DNA from: Octopus sinensis
Lineage: Eukaryota
NCBI RefSeq assembly: GCF_006345805.1
Contig: NC_043004.1
Location: forward strand, 89,342,001-89,406,000
Direction of reading: 5' to 3'
DNA: 64,000 nt
Shown: piece by piece, positions 51,567 to 63,620 of the stretch
Position numbering within the stretch: the stretch's first letter is position 1
How the letters are laid out: each line of letters starts with the position of its first letter
The notes under the pieces: generated by a model
Told to the model about the DNA's origin: nothing
The model's input: only the letters and a program-made list of their open reading frames with translations
The model's database searches: none
Program-made: the position numbers and the translations under genes

Positions 51567-51774
51567 AAGGAAAAGTAGGAAGATGAACAGCTCAACTCTC
51601 ACAGCTAACTTAAACCATCCATTATCATCTCGAGAAGATTATTGTCTGAACAATTGCAAAGTTGAAGGGAACAGACTTTCAAGGGAGCAGAAAGACAAAT
51701 TCATTTCAGCATTGGCCCTTGTTGAATTAGCCCAAGGATTCTTGAAGCATGACACTAATAATAACCACATGTGA
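51567..51774 (+). CDS. ZNF367: ZNF367 terminal exon
   Basis: Phase-2 acceptor tttcag; ends EQKDKFISALALVELAQG...HM*, matching the conserved C-terminal ALALIELA motif; TGA at 51772-51774. Confidence 0.85.
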
Positions 51775-52312
51775 TCAACGTAGTGTCTTCAGGTTTCCCA
51801 GCATAATATTTACATGGTTATGTGCTTCAAGATCCACTGTTCCAGAACGAGAATTTCAAGTTCTCTCGAAATTTTATAGTTTTTTTTTTATCCTTTCAAT
51901 ATTCAATTGTAAAATTGAATAATGAGACAAAATCATTTTTGACATGAACTTTCAACATACCAGTTTCAACCACCAAGATGTTATTTTGTTAAAAATTCTA
52001 TTGTTTTTTGGGGGGTTTTTTCTCACCAAAGAAAATGACTGTTTTAATATATAAAATGTTTATGAATCTTCAAGTGTAAAGCATATCCGTCCAAAACAAT
52101 GACAAAGAGTTCTTATTTTTCCTAATTATTTATCATAATAGCCACAGAACATGTCATCACCAAAAATTTACCTCTTGTAACATTCCATATTTAAAAGCAA
52201 AATTTTTATTTTATTCGTTTTTACTAAAGAAAAAATATTTATATTTGAGTTTTTAAATTACCTGTTTTAGTATTTGTTGTTGTTTGTTTTTTGTCTTGAC
52301 CATATTTATTTC

Positions 52313-52318
52313 AATAAA
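52313..52318 (+). terminator. Candidate ZNF367 polyadenylation signal
   Basis: AATAAA at the end of a ~540 nt repeat-free AT-rich tract after the stop. Confidence 0.4.
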
Positions 52319-52573
52319 ATATCTAATTTTACTCAGCTCTTGGTTTTTAAATGCCCACACATATCCTTCTACCTCAATTATTTATTCAAAGCCACTGCAG
52401 TTAAATGGCTAAAATATCTAATTACTTTCTCAAAAGTTACTAGTTTAAACTTTTAGCATTCAAATTGGCCAGATCCAGCCTCTCAAACCTACACTACAAT
52501 GTCATTCTAAAATTAATCCACCACATCATCGAAATCTGTTATGTGATAATCCATGATTAATTCAAAATAATGT

Positions 52574-52940
52574 GGGCGCCACTGCATAGTGCCAAGGACT
52601 CCAAATTTGCCATCAAGATGTAGGACAAGATACTGCAATAGCCTGGGCTTCAGAGGTCCACAGCTCTTCAATATCCTCCCGAAGGACCTGAGAAACCTGC
52701 ATGGAGTGGATGTAGGTGTCTTCAAAATAAAGCTGGATCTCTTCCTATCAGGTGTCCCAGATGAACCAACTTTGCGGCAGGAGGTGCAGATGAGGGCAGC
52801 TGCATCGAACTCTCTCATGCACCAAATGGCAATTACTAAAAAGCATCCGTGAAGTAAAATCATGTAGCAACACCAAATGGCGGTGCTCCAGCATTGCCAC
52901 AACTCGTGAGCTGAAACTAGATGAAATAAAAAAAATAATA
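52574..52940 (+). mobile_element. 5'-truncated CR1/L2-group LINE (ORF2 C-terminus and 3' UTR) inserted in a family-D MITE
   Basis: RGPQLFNILPKDLRNL..FKIKLDLFLSGVPDEP..RAAASNSL; A-rich tail; MITE halves on both sides. Confidence 0.75.
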
Positions 52941-53233
52941 AAATGAAAAATAAACATTACATTTGACAGAGTAATCTAAATGTTAAGGGATTAAACTTCC
53001 TCACAGACTTTACAGCTGGTAGAATCACTAAAGCATTGGAAAATTGCTTTGCAGCATTTCTCTCAGTTCTTCACATTCTGAGCTTAATTCTCTCCAAGGT
53101 CAGCTTTACCTTTCATCATTTTGAGGGTGGGCAGGGTCAATGAAATAAGTACCAGTTGAGTACTAGGGTTGATATAATTAATTTATCCCTTCCCCAAAAA
53201 TTGCTGGTCTTATGCCAAAATTTGAAACAATTA

Positions 53234-53952
53234 TTACCTTCGCTAAGGCGGAGGTATTGTTTTCAGTCGTGTTTGTTTGTTTGTCCATGGACAAGATATC
53301 TCAAAAACCGCTTTGGATTCGGATGAAACTTTCAGGGATGTTTGGCCTCATGACTGGCACAAACTGATTAGATTTTGGGATCGATCTGGTACCGGACAAG
53401 GGTTTTGGATTATTTTTCCTGTTTTTTTACTTAATTTTTGAGAGCAGTTGGGTTCATTTTTAATATTCTCATTTGTAAGAACAGTCAAGTTTATTTCAGA
53501 CTAGCAGTATCGCCTGGCGTTGCTCGGGTTTTTAAGGGAAATAACTATAAAGCATTTTTAGAGAGTTATAGCCAAAAAATGGGGAAAAAATGATGGTAAA
53601 TTTTTTTTAGTTAAAAAGGTCGAGTTGCATCCCCTAGACAGTTTGTGGTTTGTGTTTCTGATTCTCGACCCCATGTCGAATTTATCGATTTTTTTCAGAA
53701 CTGGGGGAACTTTTCAAAATTTTTGCTGCGTTAGTTTTGAATTATGACATTGGGCTATGTGTGTGTCAAGTTTCATCAGAATCGGTTGAAAGCCGTGGTC
53801 AGGGTGAGGGTACAACCTAACAGACACACAGAAACACACACAGACAAACTGCCGTTTATATATAGAGAGATATTCTCATTTTAAAAATTATCTCTGGCTA
53901 ATCGTTGAGAGGACATTGGTGTTACCTCGAGGTTTGCGCCTTCTGAGTGCCC
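53234..53952 (+). mobile_element. Helentron/DINE-like non-autonomous element, host of a nested Helitron (relatives at 56586-56940 and 57029-57148)
   Basis: TTACCTTCGCTAAGGCGGAGGT...(GTTT)n...GAGGTTTGCGCCTTCTGAGTGC termini shared with the relatives. Confidence 0.55.
53501..53870 (-). mobile_element. Non-autonomous Helitron-like element (370 bp)
   Basis: On minus: A|TCTCTCTATATATAAACGG...CCCGAGCAACGCCAGGCGATACTGCTAG|T, no TSD; the host rejoins as TTTCAGA|TATTCTC. Confidence 0.72.
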
Positions 53953-55306
53953 TTGTTATTATTATTAAGGCGGACAAAAATACGTAGTGGTATTTCTACC
54001 AACTCTTTACATTCTGCGTTCAAATCCCGCCAAGGTCAACTTTGCCTTTCATCCTTCTGGAGTTGATAAAATAAAATACCAATTAAAGACTAGGGTCAAT
54101 GTAATCAATTAGCCCCCCACGTCACAAAATTTCAGGCCTTCTGCTTACAAAACAGATCATTATTATTGTTATTAAAACAGAAAGTTGGCAGAATCTTTTG
54201 TGTACTTAGCAGCATTTCTTTTGGCACTTGATATGTAAAAGCACCCACTACACTCTCGGAGTGGTTGGCATTAGGAAGAGCATCCAGCTGTAGAAACCTT
54301 ACCAGATCAGATTGGAGCATGGTGCAGCTTCCTGGCTTGCCAGTCCTCAGTCAAACCATCCAACCCATGCCAGCATGAAAAGCAGACATTAAACGATGAT
54401 GATAAATAACACTGATTACAGTTGGGATATTTTTGATCATAGATAAGTCTGCCTGATCAGGGTCACCCTAGGGCTAAACAACAACAACAATTCTATTTAT
54501 TTCAGTTGGAGTTTTATTCAAAACTTCAAAGGCATGGCTGTGTAGTAAGAAGTTTGCTTCCTAACCACATGGTTCCAGGTTCAATTCCACAGAGTTGCAC
54601 CTTGAGCAAGTGTCTTCTGTTATAGCCTCAGGCCAGCTAAGGCCTTATGAGTGGATTTGGTAGAAGTAACCTTAATTCTTTGGCATTCAAACTGCCTACA
54701 CCCAGCCAAGATATTCTGTCTGTTTTAGATTCAAACTGTCCGGATTCTGCCTGTTACACCTACCCTACAATGTCATTCTAAAAATAAACAGTCACATTAT
54801 CAAAATCTTAAAATTACAAGATCACACATGAATAATTCTAAACAATGTAAATAAATAAACATCTCATGAAATGGAATAATCTGAGTACCAAAATGTTAAA
54901 GAAGCCTCTGTGTGTGTGTGTCTTTGAGTCTGTGTTTGTCTTCCCCCCACTGCTTGACAACAGGTATTGGTGTGTTTGTCTGTAACTTAGCAGTTCAGCA
55001 AAAGAGACAGGAAAGTACCAGGCTTAAAAAAACAAGTTCTAGAGTCGATATGTTTGGCTAAAATTCTTCAAGGCAGTGCCCCAGCATGGCCACAGTCTAA
55101 TAACTGAAACAAGTAAAAAGATAGATGTAAAATGTACCAACTACACTCTCAGAGTGGTTGGCATTAGGAAAGGCATCCAGCTGTAGAAACCTTGCTAGAT
55201 TAGATTGGAGCCTGGCACATCCTCCTGGCTTGCCAGTTCTCAGCCAAACCATCCAGCCCATGCCAGCATGGAAAGCAAATGTTAAAAGATGATGATATAT
55301 ACAAAC

Positions 55307-56551
55307 CTGGGCACCAAACTGTTAATCCATTAATCATTAATCAACAAAGATAACGTTTTCATTAACAAGTTAACTTTGGAAATCATTATTGGGCTAATTA
55401 ATTTCTGTTAACTCAAATTTGCTAGAGTTAACTTCCATTAACTCAAGTTTCTGTGACAATCTTTAGGCTCAAGGACTTGAAGTCCAAGGGCCTCATTTAC
55501 TTCAGCCCCTTGGTCGACACACCTTTGGCAGGTATCAACAAAAGGTTTAGAACCCTCTTGGCGGATGAGGAATGCCAGCTGGCTGCTGCCTTCCACTCCA
55601 CGTTTCACCTCATTTGGTTGGATAAGTATGACAACACCAAGGTCGCCAAGGTGAGGAAAAGCATGGAGGGCAAGGTCAAGGAGGCCATGAGGCAGCAGTC
55701 TGACAAAATGAGCAGCAACAACAAAGAGGAGGATGACTTCTTCAGTGGTGTCACCCAGCCAAAAGAGCGCAGCAAGAACTACAGGTCACTCAAGGATAAG
55801 GCCCAGAATTTGATCAAGACCTGGGTGGAGACCAACTCCAAGGACTTGCTGACAGGTGTTGTCTTCTTGGATGAACAAGTGTTGGTGAACCTGTTCATCA
55901 AGTTCAACACAGCTATCCCCTCCAGTGCTGCGGTGGAGTGGTTATTCTCTATGGGCAAGGACATCTTGAGGGCCAAGAGATCACCCTGTCTGATGAAAAC
56001 TTTAACATGCTAATTTTCATGAAGGGCAACATGCATCTCATGAACAAAATGAAGAAAGATTAGAGAAAAAATTAAATTATGTATATATCGTGTTTTTCAT
56101 TTATTTGTATTTATACTTTTTTACAGCCACTTTATCAATAAACTTTCTTAGTTTAATACTATCATTTCATTTGAGCGTCTTTTACCCTTTTCTGGCTCTA
56201 AAAGCCTAAAAAAGGGCCAAAAAAAGCCTTTTTCTAGGTCTTTTAAAAGTTAAAATCAGCATATCTTAATGCTAAAGCAAAAAAATATAGTTTCAGGGTT
56301 CTAAAGCCCTTAAAAAGGCAAAACGAAGTTGATTTTGTAGTTTTGGCACCTTTTGAAGGTATTTTTAGGTGGGTTTTAGAGCAAAAACTGACATTTTGTT
56401 GTTTTGATAATAAAAATTAACGTTAAGAGTTTATTGATAACTTCTGTTACATTTTTAAGGAATAAACTGATTAACGGTTATCAAAGTTAACTTTTTGGTT
56501 AACAGATTAATGATTAACGGAATTAACTTTACAATTAACAGTGCTCACCTC

Positions 56552-56553
<2 letters not shown>
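55307..56553 (+). mobile_element. Internally deleted hAT transposon with GTTAAC/TTAAT-rich subterminal arrays
   Basis: Right end CAGAGGTGAGCACTGTTAAT (minus strand); left end degenerate; TTAATCATTAATC present in inverted orientation at both ends. Confidence 0.75.
55453..56063 (+). pseudogene. hAT transposase C-terminal (dimerisation domain) remnant
   Basis: LFIKFNTAIPSSAAVEWLFSMGKDILRAKR, then frameshifted SDENFNMLIFMK...*; ERxFS is changed to EWLFS. Confidence 0.85.
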
Positions 56554-56584
<31 letters not shown>

Positions 56585-57554
56585 TTACCTCCTTCAAGGA
56601 AGGTTATGTTTTCATCGGCATTGGTTTGTCCGTCTGTCTGCTGTGTGCAAAATAACTCAAAAAGTTGTGAACGATATGTGATGAATGACACAAGGAACAG
56701 ATGATGAAATTTTGGTAGTGATCCGGGAATTTTTATGGATTCTTGAGAGATTTTTCACTTGTTATATTTACTTTACGTGAAGTATTACAATGTTACGTTC
56801 TTTGATTATCTCCCTTGAAAACACATTCATCGTTTCCATGTAACCTATGGTGGTGTTGCTGTTTCTAAAGTTTATTTTCATTTCTCTATTAGTAATTTTA
56901 CTCGCGTATCTATCTTAAAATGAGCTGCTTGGCGGAGGCCTTGGGAGGATGACATGCCTTGACTATTGGGATGATTCCTATTTTTAAAGGGTTTTTTTTA
57001 AAAAATCATATGGCTGTGTTGTTTTTTTTTTACCTCTGCCAAGGAGGTTATGTTTTTGCCGGTGTTGGTTTGGGAAATTGGGCAATTTTCAGCATGCGTG
57101 TATATGGGTGGAAATGAGCTGCTTGATGGAAGTCTGCATTCTCCGAATGCTTTTCTGGTTGTGTGTGTGTGTCTGTATTTGTCCCCTACCAACATTTGAC
57201 AACTAATGTTGGTGTGTTTATATCCTTGTAACTTAGCAGTTTGGCAAAAGAGACCAATAGAATAAATACTAAGCATACAAAGAATAAATCCTGGGGTTGA
57301 TTTCTTCAACTAAGACCCTTTAAGGTGGTGCTCCAGCACGGCCACAATCAAATGATTAAAACATGTCAACGAGTAAAAGAGAGTATTGATGTAGCAATAA
57401 ATATTACTTCTTCGTATAATCACTACTTTTATCTCTTATTGGGATTTTTTTAACTAGTTACTTTGCTTCTTGCAAAATTAGTGACTGATGGTCACTTATT
57501 TTCCCCTATATTGCGAGCTGGAGTGAATCATTACTATTTCTAACAGGCAGGTTT

Positions 57555-57603
57555 TCATGACTGAAGACGGGCACAAGTAGCCTGAAACCGTTCAGTCTCA
57601 CGA
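57555..57603 (+). ncRNA. Putative type I hammerhead ribozyme motif
   Basis: Stem I TCATGA/TCACGA; core CTGAAGA at 57561-57567; stem II GGGC-ACAAGTA-GCCT; GAAA at 57584-57587; 2-bp stem III; GTC cleavage triplet at 57595-57597. Confidence 0.6.
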
Positions 57604-57746
57604 TCCTGTTGTCTGGGAGTTCGCTCCCCTGCTTGCAATATATACATGGTGCAGGTTGCACCAGTAATTAGCTGGCAGATAATCTACCTGGGGTTAAAAT
57701 GGTTGTAACATCAAACAGCCATATTGATGTGGCAATAAATATTACT

Positions 57747-58378
57747 GCAGCAGTGAGCTGGCAGAAATGTTAGCATATGAAGGCAGTGAGCTGGTAGAAA
57801 CGTTAGCACGCCAGGCGAAATGCTTTGTGGTATTTCGTCTGCCGTTACGTTCTGAGTTCAATTTCCGGCCGGTTGACTTTGCCTTTCATCCATTCAGGGT
57901 CGATTAAATAAGTACCAGTTATGCACTGGGGTTGATATAATCAACTTAATCCGTTTGTCTGTCCTTGTTTGTCCCCTCTGTGTTTAGCCCCTTGTGGGTA
58001 GTAAAGAAATAGGTATTTTGTCTGCCGTTACGTTCTGAGTTCAAATTCCGCCAAGGTTGACTTTGCCTTTCATCCTTTCGGGGTCAATAAATTAATTACC
58101 AGTTACACACTGGGGTCGATGTAATTGACTTAACCCCTTTGTCTGTCCATGTTTAGCCCCTTGTGGGCAATAAAGAAATAAGTAATGTTAGCATGCTGGA
58201 CAAAATGCTTAGCAGTATTTCATCTATCTTTACGTTCTGAGTTCAAATTCCGCCAAGGTTGACTTTGCCTTTCATCCTTTCAGGGTCGATAAATTAAGTA
58301 CGAGTTGCGTACTGAGGTCGATCTAATCAGCAGGCTCCCTCCCCCAAAATTTCAGGCCTTGTGCCTAGAGTAGAAAAA
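57747..58378 (+). mobile_element. Cluster of tandem/nested family-B SINE copies
   Basis: Three cores; 13-bp TSD AATAAATATTACT at 57734-57746 and 58379-58391. Confidence 0.8.
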
Positions 58379-58789
58379 AATAAATATTACTTTTTAGTAT
58401 AGTTACTACTTTTATCTCTTACTGAGATTTTTCAAACTAGCTACTTTCCTTGTTAATAGTACATTTTCTCCAAAATAAAAGAGAGTAAAACAAAAAAAAA
58501 AATAAAGGAGAAAGAGAAAAAGAAAATAGAAAATTTCAAAAATAAATAAATAAATGAAATCTTATTGTATTGTACTGAATGGCTGATATAAAGCAGTTGG
58601 AGGAACAGCACGAGAAGGAGGAGGTTTCCTCAGAGAGACTATAATTCACAGAATAATTGGTTACTGAGAGAGAAAGGTAGCTAGGTATGTATGTAGGTAG
58701 GGAAAGTAAGTGTAAAACATTGACCTAAGTATGAGTTAATTCTAGCCAGTGGCTGAAAGTTGAATAACTTTAAGGAAGACTGAAACATT

Positions 58790-60178
58790 AAAAGTATTTC
58801 TTCACCTCGCGCTCACCAGCATACTGGAAAATACTTCAAGCTTTTAACATTTTGTTACACCAGACTAAGTTAGATTAGGTAGGAGAGGGAGAGGAGGAGG
58901 AGCAAAAGCAAAGAGCAATAAGCCATTCTCTTTTACTTTTACCTGTTTCAGTAATCTGACTCCGGCCATGCTGGAGCACCGCCTTAAGTCAAGCAAATCG
59001 ACCCCAGGACTTATTCTTTGTAAGCCTAGTACTTATTCTATCGGTAACTTTTGCCGTACTGCTAAGTTACAGAAACGTAAACACACCAGCATCAGTTGTC
59101 AAGTGATGTTGAAGGGACAAACACAGACACACAAACATATACACATATATATATATATATATAATAAAAAGGGTAAATAATTTTTTCCGTGGTCAAAGTT
59201 ATATACGTGTATGCATGTGAGTGTGTGTATGTATACATATATGTGTATGTGTAGATATGTATATGTATGTGTAAGTGTATATATATGTATATATGTGTGT
59301 GTGTACGTATGTGTGTATGTATATGTATATATGTTTGTATGTGTGTGTATATATGTATACATATGTGCATAGGTATAAGTGAGAATCTCCTTATTTACCT
59401 AAAACTCTATTCCCTTTTTTTATATATATTTTTATATATTTTTTAATATATTTTTTTATATATTTTTTATATTTTTTTATATATTTTTTTATTTTTTTAT
59501 TTATTCTTCTATCTAATTTAACACTGACTCCTTGACCACTCCCCCAAGTATGATATTTTGCGCTATGCCTACCCCCAAAAAGTCCCCCACCAACACCCCT
59601 TTAAACCTGCCTAAATGTATAAATGCCAATACAATTCTTGTTAACTAGCTTCCTGAAGATTTCTCTTGAATGAAACAGTTCTAGTCCTGTAGAAGCTCCT
59701 TCTATATAATAAATTAATTTTACTCTACTATGTATTGAGTACCTTATTTACTGTGGTTAACCCCGAATCAACCCGGGACCTACATATATATATACATATA
59801 TATATACATATATACGACGGGCTTCTTTCAGTTTCTTTGGTCGGCCCGAGGCTATAGTAGAAGACACTTGCCCAAGGTGCCACGAAGTGGGAATGTACCT
59901 GGAACCATGTGGTTGGTAAGCAAGCTACTTACCACACAGCCACTCCTGTGCCTATGTATGTTTACATTTTGCATTTTTTATATCCCCCACATGAAAAGCA
60001 TTAAGCAGAAGTTGGTGATATTTTTTGATATTCTCTCATAATTAAAAATATTTCTTCACCTCACGCTTACCAGCATACTGGAAAGCACTTCAAACTTTTT
60101 TAACATTTTGTTACACCAGACTAAGTTAGATTAGGTAGGAGAGGGAGGAGGAGCAAAAGCAAACAGCAATAAACCATT
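58790..60178. repeat. ~135-bp direct repeat pair (58790-58927 and 60045-60178)
   Basis: Direct alignment by eye. Confidence 0.85.
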
Positions 60179-61347
60179 GATAATTTATTGCTTATAATTA
60201 GCAATTAACAGATGGCAGCTGGTGGATTTCACTTGCTTTTTTTTTTGTTTTTGTTTTTTAGAGGAAGAATAATTTCATTCTTCTTTTTTTTTTGGTTTTG
60301 TCTTTAATTGGATTTCCCTTAAAAGAAAAAAAGAACCCTGTTATTAATGTATTCTCCTTATTGCTGTTAATTGGACTGAAATCATTTACAATCTTTATCA
60401 ATCTGCTTAAGCTATTTAAAACTTCTTTTAGACCAAGAATTTTTCTTTGACTTGGAGAAAAAGAGAGAGGGAGGAGGGAGAGACCCCCCAGGGTATTTCA
60501 TCTTTGTATTTAGTTTGCAAGATTCTTATTGTCAACCCCTGTGTGGAAACAGATTTTGTTTTTTCTTTGGAGGGTCATTGTACCAATAATAAACACACAC
60601 ACTAGTTCTATTTTACTTCTTTTATTATTGACATTTTTTACAGCTCTTTATGCTCATCATTCTAATGCTACCAAGGTTGACTTTGCCTTTCACTCTTTCA
60701 GATTTGGTATAATAAGTACTAGGATCAATGTAGTCGACTTATTCTCCTCCCCAAAAATTACTGGCCTTATGCCAAAGTTTTAAGCCATTGTCATTGGTCA
60801 ATTTGTTAAGCATTTAACCAAATAATCATTTGACTAATTGTTCAGTCAGTAAATCAAGGTTGGTTCATCAAAGACCTTCCATCATCATTTGAGACCTCGA
60901 GACCTCGTCAATGACATGCCCTCTCTAACCCAGGTTTGCTTCAGGTTTCAAACAATCAATCAAACACTTGAATAGTTAAATGATTAATTGGCTAATTGGC
61001 ACTAGGCCAGAAATTTTGAGGGGAGGGGTACGTTGATTATATTGGCCCCACTGCTCAACTGGTATTTATTTTATCAACCTTGAAAGTACGAAAGGGTCAG
61101 TCACCGCAGTAGCATTTAAACTCAAAATGCAAAGAGCTGGAAGAAATGCTACTCAGCATTTTGTTTGGCATAGTAACAATTCTGTCCATGACCTCCACTG
61201 CAAATTTCTGGCTTTGTGCCTAATTAAATTATTTTTAAAAATAGTGTATAAAATATTGGAAAAACATTTGTTTATAGCTTTTTATTGATCCAAAAATAGT
61301 ATTGTGTATTAGACATGAGTGTGTGTGTGCCTGCATGTGTATATATG

Positions 61348-61397
<50 letters not shown>

Positions 61398-61889
61398 TAT
61401 ACACACGCAGGCACACACACGTCTAACATGCAATACTATTTTTCAATGAAAAAAAGCTCCTCCATGCTGGTAGCATGTGAAAAGCACCAACTGATCATGG
61501 CTGTTGCCAGCCTCCTCTGGCCCCTGTGCCAGTGGCACGTAAAAACCACCCACTACACTCACAGAGTGGTTGGCGTTAGGAATGGCATCCAGCTGTAGAA
61601 TCACTGCCAGATCAGATTGGACCCCGGTTGAACCATCCAACCCGTGCTAGCATGGAAAACGGACGTTAAATGATGATGACGGTATATATATATATATATA
61701 TGTATGTATGTGTATGTATATATATATATATATATATATATTTTTTACACCTTTTACCATAAAAGAGAATTTTTTTCTCTACAACAACTGCAGTGAATTT
61801 GCATATAGAAGTGGAAATATGTCACAGACATATTTCAACTAAACTGAAGTTCATTTACTCTTAATCACTGCTTGGTGCTGAAGCTGTTT

Positions 61890-61910
61890 TATATATATAT
61901 ATAGATAGAT

Positions 61911-61978
<68 letters not shown>

Positions 61979-62007
61979 GTAGGTAGGTAAGTAGGTAGGT
62001 AGGTAGG

Positions 62008-62039
<32 letters not shown>

Positions 62040-62058
62040 TAAATAGATAGATAGATAT
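61890..62058. repeat. (AGAT)n/(AGGT)n/(AGAC)n compound tetranucleotide microsatellite
   Basis: Direct reading. Confidence 0.95.
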
Positions 62059-63409
62059 GACTGTGTGTTAAGTTTGCTTCCCAACTATATGGCTTCAGGT
62101 TCAGTACCTTGGGTAAGCATCTTTAAATTTAGCCCCAGGCTGACCAGAGCATCGTTAGTGAATTTGGTAGGCAATAACTGAAAGATTCCCATAATGTGTG
62201 TGTGTACCCTCATCTTGACATTACGTGATAGTTGTAAATGATTGACACTGTCATACAAGCAGTGTTGTTAATTTCCAATATTCTGTGAAAAACCTGTCTG
62301 GCCATGGGGAAAATATTACCTTGCTTGGAAACAGGTGAGGGTTAGTGACTGGAAGGGCATCCAGCTATAGAAAATCCTATGTAAACAAATTTCATTCGAC
62401 GCATGCTAGGATAGAAAGGTGGATGTTAAAACAATAATGATGAATTTGCAAAACGCAGTTGGGGTCACTTACTTGATAAAAATATTTCTCATCTAATTTG
62501 ACCCTTCTTCTTCTTGTGTCCTTTTCAAGCCTAGCCAGACTCATCGACCTGGTTTCTGTGGCATATGTGTTCCCCCCAACTGGACGGGATGCCAGTCCAT
62601 CACAGCGTTACCCAAGAAACAGGAAAAAAGAGTGAGAGAAAGTTGGGGCAAAAGAGTACAACAGGGGTCGCCTCGTGGATCTTTAGGTGTTTTCACTCAA
62701 TAAACACACACAACACCCAGTCTGGGAATCGAAAGCACGATCTTCCAATCGCGTGTCCGCTGCCCTAACCGCTGGGCTATTGCGCCTCCACAATTTGACC
62801 CTTATAAAACATAACTAACCTTTTTTTTATCACCATATACATTTAGTTATCAGTATATAGAACAAAACAAATGAACAAATATTTATTCGACCAACTCATC
62901 ATTTATTTAATTTTTCCATGATCATAAATATCCACCAGCAGGTGATCAAATGTACTGATTTCAGTGAGGAGAGGGGGGGAACAATTGACATTCATGTCTT
63001 TCACCAAGGACATTAACAAAATAAAATAGGTAAAATAGCCATGGTAATCAAACTTGGGTCACAGCTGTTTGCCAGGAATTAATGCTCACCTATTAAAAGC
63101 AGGCAAGGAATTCATATGACATTCTTTGTATCTGCAATGGCTATTAACATTGTTAATGTGAAAGTAAATTCTAGAAAGTATTGCCTTTCTGTTTCAGCTG
63201 CTCAGTAATTTAATACAAGCTTATTATGTTATTTATAAGAAGAACTCCTCTTGGACAGTTTGTAAGTTTGAAAAAACAAAAAAAAAAAACAGTCCATTTT
63301 ACCAGTTTCAGGAGCAAGAAATACCAATATGCTACTTCTGATTTTTTTACTTTTTTTTTTTTTAATATTCCACTAAAACCAAGATAGGGGTATCGGATCA
63401 TTGCCACAA

Positions 63410-63620
63410 GTACTTACAACTTTTCTTAAGCTCTTTGCTCCCCATGGGGTATAGGCTATCAATGACTTTTCTCCACTGTTCTTATTGCTGGGCTGTCTTT
63501 TCTGCTTTGCTCCAATTGAATCCCTGTTTTTCAGCCCTACCTCTGTATCCCTTTTTGGATTTTGTTGTGACAGCTCTTCCAGATCATGTTGGTATTGAAT
63601 TGTCATTGGTGCTTCAGTAA
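63410..63620 (-). mobile_element. Degenerate RTE-type LINE C-terminus (different family)
   Basis: Minus frame gives GFNWSKAEKTAQQ*EQWRKVIDSLYP, resembling RTE ORF2 ends. Confidence 0.5.
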
